Source: a virus
Lineage: Duplodnaviria; Caudoviricetes
DNA length: 64,000 nucleotides
Reading direction: 5' to 3' (one strand)
Virus record (IMG/VR): IMGVR_UViG_3300013286_000001
Span: 1,007 to 65,006 of that record
Shown here one piece after another: positions 46,741 through 55,932 of this stretch; position 1 is the first letter of the stretch, and each line of letters begins with the position of its first letter. The notes beneath the pieces are model-generated. The model was not told where the DNA came from. It made no database searches and saw only the letters and a list, made by a program, of their open reading frames with translations. Position numbers and translations under genes: made by a program.

Positions 46741-46790
46741 ATCCTCAAGCCCACAGGTAGATACTGTGGGCAACTTAAGGTGAAAGTAAT

Positions 46791-47246
46791 ATGAGCACAA
46801 ATATTTCGCTGTTTGGGTTTAGCGTACGGATTGTCGCTGACCGAACTTTTCCTCAGGGTTTTACAATTACTGAATGGGCCGACGACCAGCCGCCTGTCGA
46901 CAGCTCCAATATCGAAACAGCAGGCTTTGGTATGGGGCCTAATGGCGACATGGTAGTTTGGCAAAAACCTGCAGCTCTTCAATCCAGCTACTCAGTTATC
47001 CCAAACTCTGAAGCTGACCGCAACTTGACTATTTTGCATGAGGCAAACCGGATTAGCAAGTCCAAAGGTATTGTGCCGATGGACAAAGTAACTGCTACTG
47101 CTGTTTACCAAGACGGCCGAGTAGTCACGCTTAGCCAAGGCATTTCGCATAGCGGTCCTGCTGTGCCTGCAGGCTCGCAAGACGGTCGACTGTCCAGTCG
47201 TACTTTTGGCTTTGTCTTTGAAGACCGAAACGAAACTCGGCCATAA
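46791..47246 (+). CDS. tail tube protein
   Basis: TFPQGF.IT.WADD, MGPNGD, GRL....F.F; follows the sheath. Confidence 0.85.
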   Translation: MSTNISLFGFSVRIVADRTFPQGFTITEWADDQPPVDSSNIETAGFGMGPNGDMVVWQKPAALQSSYSVIPNSEADRNLTILHEANRISKSKGIVPMDKVTATAVYQDGRVVTLSQGISHSGPAVPAGSQDGRLSSRTFGFVFEDRNETRP

Positions 47247-47260
47247 AGCAGTCGTGTATA

Positions 47261-47289
47261 AAAAGCCCGATAACTTCGGGTTTTTTATT
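47261..47289 (+). terminator. intrinsic terminator
   Basis: aaaagcccga-taact-tcgggtttttt. Confidence 0.8.
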
Positions 47290-47350
47290 ACCTGGTATTT
47301 ACTAAAGATGATGCCCTACAGTATAATGCAAAGACTATTGGAGTCTTCTT

Positions 47351-47644
47351 GTGAAAAAAATTCCGCTTCAGGCTGTGCCAAATCAGACACTAACGTGCAC
47401 ACTTGGCAAAAAATTGTTTGATATAACAGTTCAGCTAGGCGCATCTGGTGGAACTTTACTGTCTGTGACCGTGGACGGCGTAGTGCTGTTTAGCTCACTG
47501 CTGTCTGCCCGTGGTGCTCAAATGATGATAGCGCCATTTGCCGCGCAGTATGGCAACTTGGTTTGGATTTGCTCGGATGGCGATAGCTACCCAACGTATA
47601 CAAAGTTTGGTACAACGCATGGCCTATATTGGTGGCCGCTATGA
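47351..47644 (+). CDS. baseplate-associated small protein
   Basis: IPLQAVPNQ...P.Y..FG.TH.L; promoter TTTACT-18-TATAAT at 47298-47327. Confidence 0.7.
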   Translation: MKKIPLQAVPNQTLTCTLGKKLFDITVQLGASGGTLLSVTVDGVVLFSSLLSARGAQMMIAPFAAQYGNLVWICSDGDSYPTYTKFGTTHGLYWWPL

Positions 47645-48354
47645 AAAGCGGGCCGTTAGTAAAAAGTCCAGGCGACGACCAATCATTAGCATCTACTATG
47701 CGTTTTATCCAGCGTGCCATAGAAATGGACATGGAAAATTGCTTACCATGCCGGGTAATGGATTATGATAGAAAGGCAAATAGAGCGACAGTCAGACCTG
47801 CAATTATGTCTACCGTTCGGTCAACTGAGTCTACTGATCTAATAAGAAAAAACAGAGTAGCAATTCCTGATATTCCGGTGCTAAGTCTTGGGGCCGGCGG
47901 TTTTCACATTAGTTTTCCTGTCAAGCGCGGCGATTTGGGGTGGATTTACGCTTGCGACCGTGATATATCTCTATTTCTTCAGTCACTTACTGAACAGCCT
48001 GCAGGCCTTGACGGTGCTAGCCATAAGTTTAGCGATGCTATTTTTATACCTGATGTATTTAGCAAATATACAATTAATGAAGAAGATGAAGGCGCATTAG
48101 TAATACAGTCAACCTCATCAGCTACTCGTATAAGTGTACGCGAAGATAATATAAAAATAACAGCGCCTGTTAAAATTCAGTTAGACACGCCTTTGACGGA
48201 AATTCTACATGATTTGACTGTTAGTGGTAATACAATACTTGAGCAAAATTTGAGCGTCACTGGCCTAGACGCGACATTACCGCAGGCAACCACTGTGGGT
48301 GGAGCAATAGTTTACGGGCACGATCACGGAGGGGCGGTTCCGCCGTTCGAATGA
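47641..48354 (+). CDS. baseplate central spike (Gp138/gpV-like)
   Basis: LP..V..YD, FPVK.GD.G...ACDRDIS, H..SDAIFIP, C-terminal H.H. Confidence 0.85.
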   Translation: MKSGPLVKSPGDDQSLASTMRFIQRAIEMDMENCLPCRVMDYDRKANRATVRPAIMSTVRSTESTDLIRKNRVAIPDIPVLSLGAGGFHISFPVKRGDLGWIYACDRDISLFLQSLTEQPAGLDGASHKFSDAIFIPDVFSKYTINEEDEGALVIQSTSSATRISVREDNIKITAPVKIQLDTPLTEILHDLTVSGNTILEQNLSVTGLDATLPQATTVGGAIVYGHDHGGAVPPFE

Positions 48355-48827
48355 AAACTACTAAAATACATTGTATAGGCGGAATTAAATTTCGCTTTAC
48401 AAAAATACCAGCAATACCAGCCCGAGAATTACTATCTGGTATGGAAGCGGACTTTGATGTGCTGCGCCCGTTTATTGAAGTGTCTACTACCACTGGATGG
48501 ATAGTACTGGACAGTACAGCTACAATAGAAAAGCATATTAGCTCATGGGAAACGCTCACGCTCGCTGAGTTGTATTCTTACGACTACAACTACGGTTTTT
48601 TAACTGGTTGGAAACCAACGCCTCTTCCTGCAAAAATGGAAGAAAGTTCTTATCGTGTTGCAGAAACAAAAAATGTAGACGCAGCAGTTGCAGCTTTAAT
48701 AACTAACAATATGGCAAACTACGAGCAGTTGCGTGACTCTTACTCGTTAGAAGAAGCATTTAAGCTACTAGACGTTTTAACTGTTAAAAAAATTAATGAA
48801 TTTCGTGCAGCTGAGGCTTCCAAATGA
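48351..48827 (+). CDS. tail assembly chaperone-like protein
   Basis: KFRFTKIPA...; A.Y.QL...YSLEEAF.L C-terminal part. Confidence 0.6.
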   Translation: MKTTKIHCIGGIKFRFTKIPAIPARELLSGMEADFDVLRPFIEVSTTTGWIVLDSTATIEKHISSWETLTLAELYSYDYNYGFLTGWKPTPLPAKMEESSYRVAETKNVDAAVAALITNNMANYEQLRDSYSLEEAFKLLDVLTVKKINEFRAAEASK

Positions 48828-49228
48828 AAGAAGTTTATATCCCCACAGGTGACGGCAAAACGGTTCTTGCTTTCAACGTGCATAAGTTTAGTCCACTCGA
48901 TGGTCGGAAAATTCTGGCTTATTATCCGCTCTCAATACTCAATAAAGAGCATACATATAACAGCAACGAAGCTGCTATGCGTAAGCTAATGGCTTACTGC
49001 TCTGTCGGTAAAGAAGAAGAAGAAGAAGAAGAGCAAGTCCACCTAACAGATGATGCGCTTATAAACGAACACGTGCCCGACTGGTGGACACTTGTTCAGC
49101 TTGAATATGCTTGCCTAAAATATAACTGTTCGTTCCTAGAGGGAACAGACTTACTTACAGTGGCAAAAGCAAGTATGACTAACGCTCTTAAAGGACTGGT
49201 AGCAGACCATTTGGAGCGCATTAAATGA
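48824..49228 (+). CDS. tail assembly chaperone-like protein
   Basis: KF..LDGR.I...YP, LI.EHVPDW.TL..LE...YNCSF. Confidence 0.65.
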   Translation: MKEVYIPTGDGKTVLAFNVHKFSPLDGRKILAYYPLSILNKEHTYNSNEAAMRKLMAYCSVGKEEEEEEEQVHLTDDALINEHVPDWWTLVQLEYACLKYNCSFLEGTDLLTVAKASMTNALKGLVADHLERIK

Positions 49229-49578
49229 GTACATTGACGTTGGCAATGGATAGCAATCGTGATTTGTTTATGAATCGCTTTAGTAGTTTAGAGACTAAAG
49301 CAGACGAAGAAGCAATGGCTGATTATTTAACCCAGCGTCTTTCGACATTAAAAGGTGAATTTAGGTTTAATAAGCCGCGTGGTATAGCGTATATGACAAC
49401 TGTGTATACCTCGGGTAAAGAAGGCATTCCTGCGCTTAGAGCAAATATTATTGCCGCATTATCTGCCACTGAAAACGTTGTTGGTATTTCCTATTTAAAC
49501 ATGGCCCAAGCAGAAGACAACCTTGAGTTTGAGCTAAGTGTTGCCACCATTTACGGCCAAGTCTACCTGCGGGTATAA
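49225..49578 (+). CDS. baseplate wedge / sheath initiator
   Basis: RL....GEF.FN..RGI.Y, TIYG. Confidence 0.7.
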   Translation: MSTLTLAMDSNRDLFMNRFSSLETKADEEAMADYLTQRLSTLKGEFRFNKPRGIAYMTTVYTSGKEGIPALRANIIAALSATENVVGISYLNMAQAEDNLEFELSVATIYGQVYLRV

Positions 49579-49581
49579 GTC

Positions 49582-50199
49582 ATGCTAGAATTTGTTTCCG
49601 GTATTGTTGCGTCTGCAAAAGAAAAATTTGCAGATGCTAAATCTTTTTTACAAGGCTTGTTTGAAGGCCAAGTTCGCCACGGCGTATTTGACAACGACGG
49701 TATAACCAATATTTTTCCTAACGTTGGTATCTTAAGCGTTGATATTATTCGGGATAAAACAGTTGCAAGCCACCCGCTAGAAATAAATGTTTACCAGCAA
49801 GATAATATAGTAGTAAATCCTGTAATCATTACTATTATTCTTGCAGCAGAATCCGAAGAAGTAGACAATCTTTACAATACGCTTGAACAGCTTTACGCTT
49901 CTGACACTGTACTGTTAAGTGTGATGTGTGATAACAGACTGTACACCAATATGGTTTTGCAGTCTTTGCCAATACGCCGTGATCCTAGCAAATATGACCT
50001 GCTAGAAGTCCCTATTGTGCTCCACGAGTTCATCTACCGTAGAGCTCGCGTGACGCTCATGAGCAGCCCTGAAAATGTAGACTTAGCAGAATACACGGAT
50101 CGCCAAAAAGCTGGCCTGGTGCAGCCTCAGACGGTCTCAGGAGCAGATGAGATAAGCGTGCAGGCTCAAAAAACAGTAGTGCCAGGGAGTACAAACTAA
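49582..50199 (+). CDS. Dit-like tail tube initiator
   Basis: SHPLE...DN...P, LYTNM.L, E. Confidence 0.7.
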   Translation: MLEFVSGIVASAKEKFADAKSFLQGLFEGQVRHGVFDNDGITNIFPNVGILSVDIIRDKTVASHPLEINVYQQDNIVVNPVIITIILAAESEEVDNLYNTLEQLYASDTVLLSVMCDNRLYTNMVLQSLPIRRDPSKYDLLEVPIVLHEFIYRRARVTLMSSPENVDLAEYTDRQKAGLVQPQTVSGADEISVQAQKTVVPGSTN

Positions 50200-50717
50200 T
50201 GAACCAAATCGGAACATTTGGGCTGTTTGCCTACTTGATTGCTTCAAAGACTATGCCTATCGGTTTTCCTATTAAAGCGTTTGCTGACGACGCAGATAGT
50301 ATTCAAGTACACGAGGCAGAAAACGGTCAAGCAATTCTTGATCTTAATGGTAAAGTCGTACGCTGGACTGTAGCAAACCCGTTAGTTATCAGCATTGCAG
50401 TTATGCCCAACACCGTAGAAGATGATGTTCTTGCAGTCATTTATAACGCTAACCGCGTATCTAAGACTTCTAAATCAGTAAACGATAGTATTAACCTTAT
50501 GGTTAAATATCCAAATGGTGGAATACGCACTTTTGTGCAGGGCCGAATAGTCGCAGGCCCGTCCGCGTATACAGCTACTGCAGAAGGCCGTATGATTGGT
50601 AATATTTACACATTTGCGTTTGGCGATCAGTATGCCCTTACGGTAGCAGCTGTACTGAACACGATAGCAGGCCAACTTGGTATTGGCGATAAAATTTCTA
50701 GCATAACTGGACTATAA
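50199..50717 (+). CDS. second tail-tube-like protein
   Basis: T.P.GF.I..FADD, D.NG..V.W, ANR.SK; aligns by eye with 46791-47246. Confidence 0.75.
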   Translation: MNQIGTFGLFAYLIASKTMPIGFPIKAFADDADSIQVHEAENGQAILDLNGKVVRWTVANPLVISIAVMPNTVEDDVLAVIYNANRVSKTSKSVNDSINLMVKYPNGGIRTFVQGRIVAGPSAYTATAEGRMIGNIYTFAFGDQYALTVAAVLNTIAGQLGIGDKISSITGL

Positions 50718-50718
50718 T

Positions 50719-51081
50719 ATGCTGATCGAACTTAGTGGAAAACAATTTCGTTTAACAAAATTTCCTCCTATAGTTGGTCGACGCCTTATGACAAAAGGCA
50801 TTGGAGTGAACGGTATATTCTCCAGAGATGTTGCAACTTGGTTACCAATACTTGAATTTGTTTCTGTAGGCCTTGGCCAAGACCAGTGGATTCCTTTATC
50901 CACTGTGACAATGCTAAATAACCACGTTCCTGAAAGTATGCAAGCTGAGTTGCTTACTGCTATACTCCAGTTTAACTGCAGCGAAATTGATGGGCTAATC
51001 AGCGGGCCCACAATCGGCGATGCACTGTGGGCAGAAGTTTACGACGCTGTTGCGGAGGCTTTTAAACAATGGGTATTTTAA
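50719..51081 (+). CDS. tail assembly chaperone-like protein
   Basis: GKQF.LTKFP..VGR, NNHVP, FNCS; overlaps tape measure start. Confidence 0.6.
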   Translation: MLIELSGKQFRLTKFPPIVGRRLMTKGIGVNGIFSRDVATWLPILEFVSVGLGQDQWIPLSTVTMLNNHVPESMQAELLTAILQFNCSEIDGLISGPTIGDALWAEVYDAVAEAFKQWVF

Positions 51082-53018
51082 ATACTTTCTTTTTACGCTA
51101 TCGTGCAGATACCGGCCAAGCTGTAAAAGATATTGAAAAGCTTTCTGCTGCTGAGCAAAAAGAAGCTAAGATACACGAAAAAAATGCGGTTAAGCGTAAA
51201 AAGGATTCTGCTGACACACAAGAACACATGAAAAAAACCACCGAAACTTCTAAGAAATTAGGTGAAAGCTTAACGCAACTAAGTGAAGGTGGAACAAATA
51301 AACTTGGCGCGCTTAGAGCAGCGTCTAGTACCTTCTCTGAAGCTCTTGGTTCTATTGGCGCGTCAGGCGCTGTTGCAGCCGTAGGTATTGGTGCAGTCAT
51401 TGCGGCTATTGCAGTTGCTAACTCAGGTATTGAAGATGCTCGTGTGGCGGCAAAAGAAGCCATTGAGCTTGGCGAAAAAGCATTCGACGCGCGCTTAGCC
51501 CAGGGCGAGCTTATTCGTCTACAGGGTCAAGGCCGAGCTCGTGGCATTAGTGATGAGACGACTTCACAGTCTGCTAAAGGTGTTTACGACCGGGCGTCTG
51601 AAATACGCGCAGCACAGCGTCAAGCTGCAAGAGACCCAGCTTCTGCGTTTAATAACCCGCTAATCAAGCAAGCAAACTTGTGGAAAAAAGCGGGCGTTGA
51701 TGTTGCTGCCGGGCTTGAGAAGCAAATGACCCAGCAGGACAAATATCTGCGTGGCCTCAAAGATGCAGGCCAGGAAGAACGTGCACTAGTTGAAGGCACA
51801 CAACTTTTTGGTAGGACGCTTGCGGACGTTAAAGCAGTGTTGTCTACTACGCAGAAGCAAATGGACGAAAATGCTCTTGCAATGGCAAAAGAGTCTCAAG
51901 TGCGCAGAGGGCTACAAACCTCGTCTGAAAGTCTATCTACTTCTGAAAATAAGTTAGAAGCTGCGCGTAAAAGTAACGACGAACGTGTTCGACAGCATAC
52001 AGTTCCAGCCACTGACGCGTTTACCAAAGCTCTTACTGAATGGGAAAAAGCTGTTGGCCCATTAAAGGATGCCTGGGGAGAGTTTGTTGCTTATTTAATA
52101 AACGGTATGGCAGAGCTGCTAGAGGGCGCAACAAGTTTCCTTAGGAAAACAGGAATTATAGACGATAACAGAACACCTGAGGCAAAAATAGAAGAACAAG
52201 TTAAGGCAAAAGTTGCACTTAACGAAGATTTGTATGGCCGTATGAAGGGCCAGTTAAAACCAAGTGAAGAAGGGTTTGAAGCAGCTAAAGCCGCTTTCCT
52301 TAAGGATATAGCAGATAAAGAACGGGCACGACTGACAGGCCCAGCCAACGAAGCAGAAGCAGCTCGTAAAGCTGGACTGTCTGCTACAGCTGGTCAAGCC
52401 GCTAAAGAGCTTGTTGCAAGCGGTAAAATGACTGAGTCACAAGCTGCTGCTGCCGCAAAAAATGCTATCAGTCAAGGCGAAAAAGATCCCAGTGTCAGTA
52501 AGCTGGAAGACATAAAAACCTTGATGACTGAGAGTAACGCTGCTCAGGCCGAAGAAGGCAAAGTACAAAAAGCACAAACAGAATATACAAAGAAAATTGA
52601 AGCCAACACGATGGCTCTTGTTAATACTGGGCTTGAGCAAGCTATGGCGCTGTGGGCTGCAAACGTTGGTAAAGGTGCAGGTGTTGGCTCAGGCTCTATG
52701 CAAGGCGAGACTCAAATAGACTACGAGAAACGAGTTCGAACTATGCAGCGTACGATAAACCCTAATGCTGCCAGAAAAATGAGCATGGACAGAGCTGCAG
52801 TAGGCGCTATGTCAGGTCAAGCCGAACAGCTAAACAAAGCAAAAAGCGCAAGTCTTGGAAATACGGACCAATCAAAAACTGTACAAATTGATACTTTAAA
52901 AGTTGAAGTTGTTAGTCAGGTGCAAGACGTCGCCGGACTTGCTCAAGATGTCGGTGTAAGTATCCGAGACGAGTTGCGGTACGCTGCAGCAGAATTTGCT
53001 AGCCCAGTGGTGAGCTAA
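51069..53018 (+). CDS. tape measure protein
   Basis: 649 aa Ala-rich helical protein with one hydrophobic segment. Confidence 0.8.
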   Translation: MGILNTFFLRYRADTGQAVKDIEKLSAAEQKEAKIHEKNAVKRKKDSADTQEHMKKTTETSKKLGESLTQLSEGGTNKLGALRAASSTFSEALGSIGASGAVAAVGIGAVIAAIAVANSGIEDARVAAKEAIELGEKAFDARLAQGELIRLQGQGRARGISDETTSQSAKGVYDRASEIRAAQRQAARDPASAFNNPLIKQANLWKKAGVDVAAGLEKQMTQQDKYLRGLKDAGQEERALVEGTQLFGRTLADVKAVLSTTQKQMDENALAMAKESQVRRGLQTSSESLSTSENKLEAARKSNDERVRQHTVPATDAFTKALTEWEKAVGPLKDAWGEFVAYLINGMAELLEGATSFLRKTGIIDDNRTPEAKIEEQVKAKVALNEDLYGRMKGQLKPSEEGFEAAKAAFLKDIADKERARLTGPANEAEAARKAGLSATAGQAAKELVASGKMTESQAAAAAKNAISQGEKDPSVSKLEDIKTLMTESNAAQAEEGKVQKAQTEYTKKIEANTMALVNTGLEQAMALWAANVGKGAGVGSGSMQGETQIDYEKRVRTMQRTINPNAARKMSMDRAAVGAMSGQAEQLNKAKSASLGNTDQSKTVQIDTLKVEVVSQVQDVAGLAQDVGVSIRDELRYAAAEFASPVVS

Positions 53019-53983
53019 TGGCCAATACAATGTATGTAGCTGATTTACTCAACAAAGTAGATCAGCGTCGCTTAAGCCTTAGAATTGGCTCGGATACTAT
53101 AGTAGAAGAGTTTACTGAGGAATTTTACATAACGTGTAGAACAAAGAAAAATGTATTATCAGTACAAAATCAATGCACTATTTCTATCGATAATTTAACT
53201 GCTGAACGCCGTAACTTTTTGCTTGGGTATTTTACGCAGTGGGAAAGCCGAAACTACAGCCAACCATTTATTCCAGTAGACATACGTATAGGCCGTGAAA
53301 GCAATGAGAGCCAGCTGACTACTGTTTTTCGCGGCGCTATACTTGAGACCAGCTTGGGTAATCCCCCGGATATTACGCTTGGTCTTAAGTGTATTACAAG
53401 TTTGATCGATATGAATATAGCTAGCACAGATTATGTTTCTCGTACACTGCCAAAAATATCTACCCACAGGGAGTTGTGTCAGTGGGCAGCTGACTTAGTT
53501 AATATGCCACTTAGGTATGAGGTGTCTATACCTTTGCCGGCTGTATCGGCTAGTGCCCATGCAACCGTTATTCAAAAAGCCTATAGCCTTACTGCAGTTG
53601 TAGGCATGCTGGCAAACTTTCATAAAGATAAAGTTTGTGTATTTGTTGACGATGGTGTGCTGATCGTTACTGAGTGGGGTAAAGCCTTACAAGGTGAAGT
53701 TGTTGAAGTCAGTGCTGCAAACTGGCTTATAGGTATTCCCACTGTAACGCAATGGGGCGTACAATTTACCACACTTGCAGACGCGCCTATTAAGCTAGCG
53801 GGCGCAGTTAATCTTATTTCTGAGCTTAACCCGTCAGTTAATCAGCCTTGGGTCATGACTCAGGTCGAGTACGATCTTACATCAAGAGATACCAGTTGGT
53901 ACGCAACTTGGTCAGGCTCACCTAGCGCTGCAGCTCCATCTGCTACTGAGCCTGTAGTTTACGAAGAGCTTGACATGTGGTAA
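53018..53983 (+). CDS. baseplate hub protein
   Basis: N.C.I.I.NL, GRE, VF.G.I, LIGIP. Confidence 0.75.
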   Translation: MANTMYVADLLNKVDQRRLSLRIGSDTIVEEFTEEFYITCRTKKNVLSVQNQCTISIDNLTAERRNFLLGYFTQWESRNYSQPFIPVDIRIGRESNESQLTTVFRGAILETSLGNPPDITLGLKCITSLIDMNIASTDYVSRTLPKISTHRELCQWAADLVNMPLRYEVSIPLPAVSASAHATVIQKAYSLTAVVGMLANFHKDKVCVFVDDGVLIVTEWGKALQGEVVEVSAANWLIGIPTVTQWGVQFTTLADAPIKLAGAVNLISELNPSVNQPWVMTQVEYDLTSRDTSWYATWSGSPSAAAPSATEPVVYEELDMW

Positions 53984-54009
53984 AATAATAGCATTCATTG
54001 GAGATTTTT

Positions 54010-55218
54010 ATGCCGTATAACTATATCACGCAAACAGGCGTAATTGTCCCTGATACTAGTACGCTGAAGTCTGATGTTCAAGGTGAATATACAAAGCAGT
54101 TTGGGGCTTCTTTGTTGCTTGCTGATGATACTCCGCAAGGCCGTCTGATCGACGTAGAAGTTACTGCACGTGACTTAGCTATACGCGGAGCAGCTGAACT
54201 TGCTAACCAAATTAACCCAAATATAAACTCAGGCATCTTCCTAAAAAGTGTAGCAGCTCTACACGCAGTAGAGGCACAAGCTGAGTCTTATACGATTATT
54301 CCAGGTGTAGTCGTTACTGCCCTACCAACAACTGTTATTCCCGCCGGCTCTCGTATTGCAGATACTGCTGGTAATTACTTTAAGGCTATTACGCGAATAA
54401 CAGTTCCCGCGGAAGGCACTATTACGGCTGATTTCCAAGCTGTTGCGCCTGGGCCTATTACACCTGACTTAAACAGTGCCAAACAAATTGTTGATGGCGT
54501 GTTTGGCTGGTTAACAGTAAATAATCCGTTAGCTGCTACTCCTGGTTCTTTTGAAGAAACAGACGATGCGCTTCGTCTTGCACGTAACGCAAAACTATCT
54601 TTGCTGTCGAAAGGCCCGGTTGAGGCAATAAGCGCAAACTTGCTGGCAGCCCCTAATGTTAGATGGCGTAGTATTCGTGAAAATGATTCTGATACCGCGC
54701 AGACTATTGATGGTGTTGTAATGACCCCGTCTAGCACTTGGATTTGTGTCCAAGGCGGTGCAGACGATGATATAGCATTGGCGTTTATCAGAAGCAAACA
54801 GACAGGTAGCCCTTTAACCATCGGTTCAGGTAACGGTACTCCAGTCCTTTACGCAGTAGTAGACCCAATAAGCGGTCAAACTTACCCCGTCATGTTTACA
54901 CGCCCTGTCCCTAAGCCAGCACTCATGCGAGTTACTGTGGGTAAGGGTTCTGCTATTGACCCCTTTACAGCAGTTCCTGACGCGGTTATGCGGTACGCAA
55001 ACGGGTTACTTGCTGGTGAGTTGGGTTTTGTAGTTGGTGCAGTTATTAGTCCCTTTGAAGTTGCCGCAGCAATTAACATCCAGCTTCCAGAACTTTTTAT
55101 AAAAAAAGTTGAACTAGCATTTGCTAGCGATGGTATTTATTCTACAAACGAATTACCAATAGCTCTTTGGGAATTGGCTACCATAACAACAGGTACTATC
55201 TCGATAGTGGTGAGTTGA
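54010..55218 (+). CDS. baseplate J-like wedge protein
   Basis: TPQGRLI, NP....G.FL, EETDDALR.R, V.GG.D..IA. Confidence 0.9.
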   Translation: MPYNYITQTGVIVPDTSTLKSDVQGEYTKQFGASLLLADDTPQGRLIDVEVTARDLAIRGAAELANQINPNINSGIFLKSVAALHAVEAQAESYTIIPGVVVTALPTTVIPAGSRIADTAGNYFKAITRITVPAEGTITADFQAVAPGPITPDLNSAKQIVDGVFGWLTVNNPLAATPGSFEETDDALRLARNAKLSLLSKGPVEAISANLLAAPNVRWRSIRENDSDTAQTIDGVVMTPSSTWICVQGGADDDIALAFIRSKQTGSPLTIGSGNGTPVLYAVVDPISGQTYPVMFTRPVPKPALMRVTVGKGSAIDPFTAVPDAVMRYANGLLAGELGFVVGAVISPFEVAAAINIQLPELFIKKVELAFASDGIYSTNELPIALWELATITTGTISIVVS

Positions 55219-55905
55219 TTGGATAACAAAATAAAATTAATGCCGGACTTAGCGGCTAACATAACCTGGCAGTATGATGGTGCCCCTAACCTAAACGGAT
55301 TAGTGACAAAAAAAAGTGATTGGTATGCTACTAACTGGGGTAACTTTTGGAATGATTGGTACGTTGCAGTATTTGATCTTAAAACTGCAAATAGATTTGG
55401 CTGTGTTGTATGGGCTATTATTCTAAACATACCAGTTGGTTTAGTGTATAACCCCCAAGCCGTTGGTAATACGCCGCCTTTTGGGTTTGGGGGTGGTCGT
55501 GAAAATTTTAATAATGCTAACTTTTTTGGTGCTGACCCGGCAGTAACACTTACGCTTGAAGAGGCCAGAAAACTTCTTCGTGTTCGTTACTACGCTCAAA
55601 CAATGAGTACTACAATTTCAAATATAAATGGCATGCTCAAAGACGTATTTGGCGCAGATGGTTTGTCCTATATAGAAGAAACAGTTGGTGGTGCAGCTGT
55701 TCCGCCTTTTGGGTTTGGTATATACAGACAAAATTTTAACGCTCCCTCAAACTTTAACGATTCTATTTTATACGGAAGTGTTAAAGCAATGGTACAAAAG
55801 TATATTTTTACCTTTCCACTTTCGCCTAACTTTAAAGCTGCGTTACAAATGTATCTTCCTAAAGGCTCAGGCGTACAAACTATAATTTCTTCACCGGCCG
55901 CGTGA
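55219..55905 (+). CDS. baseplate protein (DUF2612)
   Basis: WQYD.A..L, FDL.TAN.FG..VW.IIL, LP..SGV. Confidence 0.85.
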   Translation: MDNKIKLMPDLAANITWQYDGAPNLNGLVTKKSDWYATNWGNFWNDWYVAVFDLKTANRFGCVVWAIILNIPVGLVYNPQAVGNTPPFGFGGGRENFNNANFFGADPAVTLTLEEARKLLRVRYYAQTMSTTISNINGMLKDVFGADGLSYIEETVGGAAVPPFGFGIYRQNFNAPSNFNDSILYGSVKAMVQKYIFTFPLSPNFKAALQMYLPKGSGVQTIISSPAA

Positions 55906-55932
55906 AGAACCAACAAGCTATTGGAGTACAAA

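Noticed and set aside
49013-49033. (GAA)6GAG microsatellite as a phase-variation switch
   Set aside because: Triplet unit preserves the frame and only lengthens a poly-Glu linker
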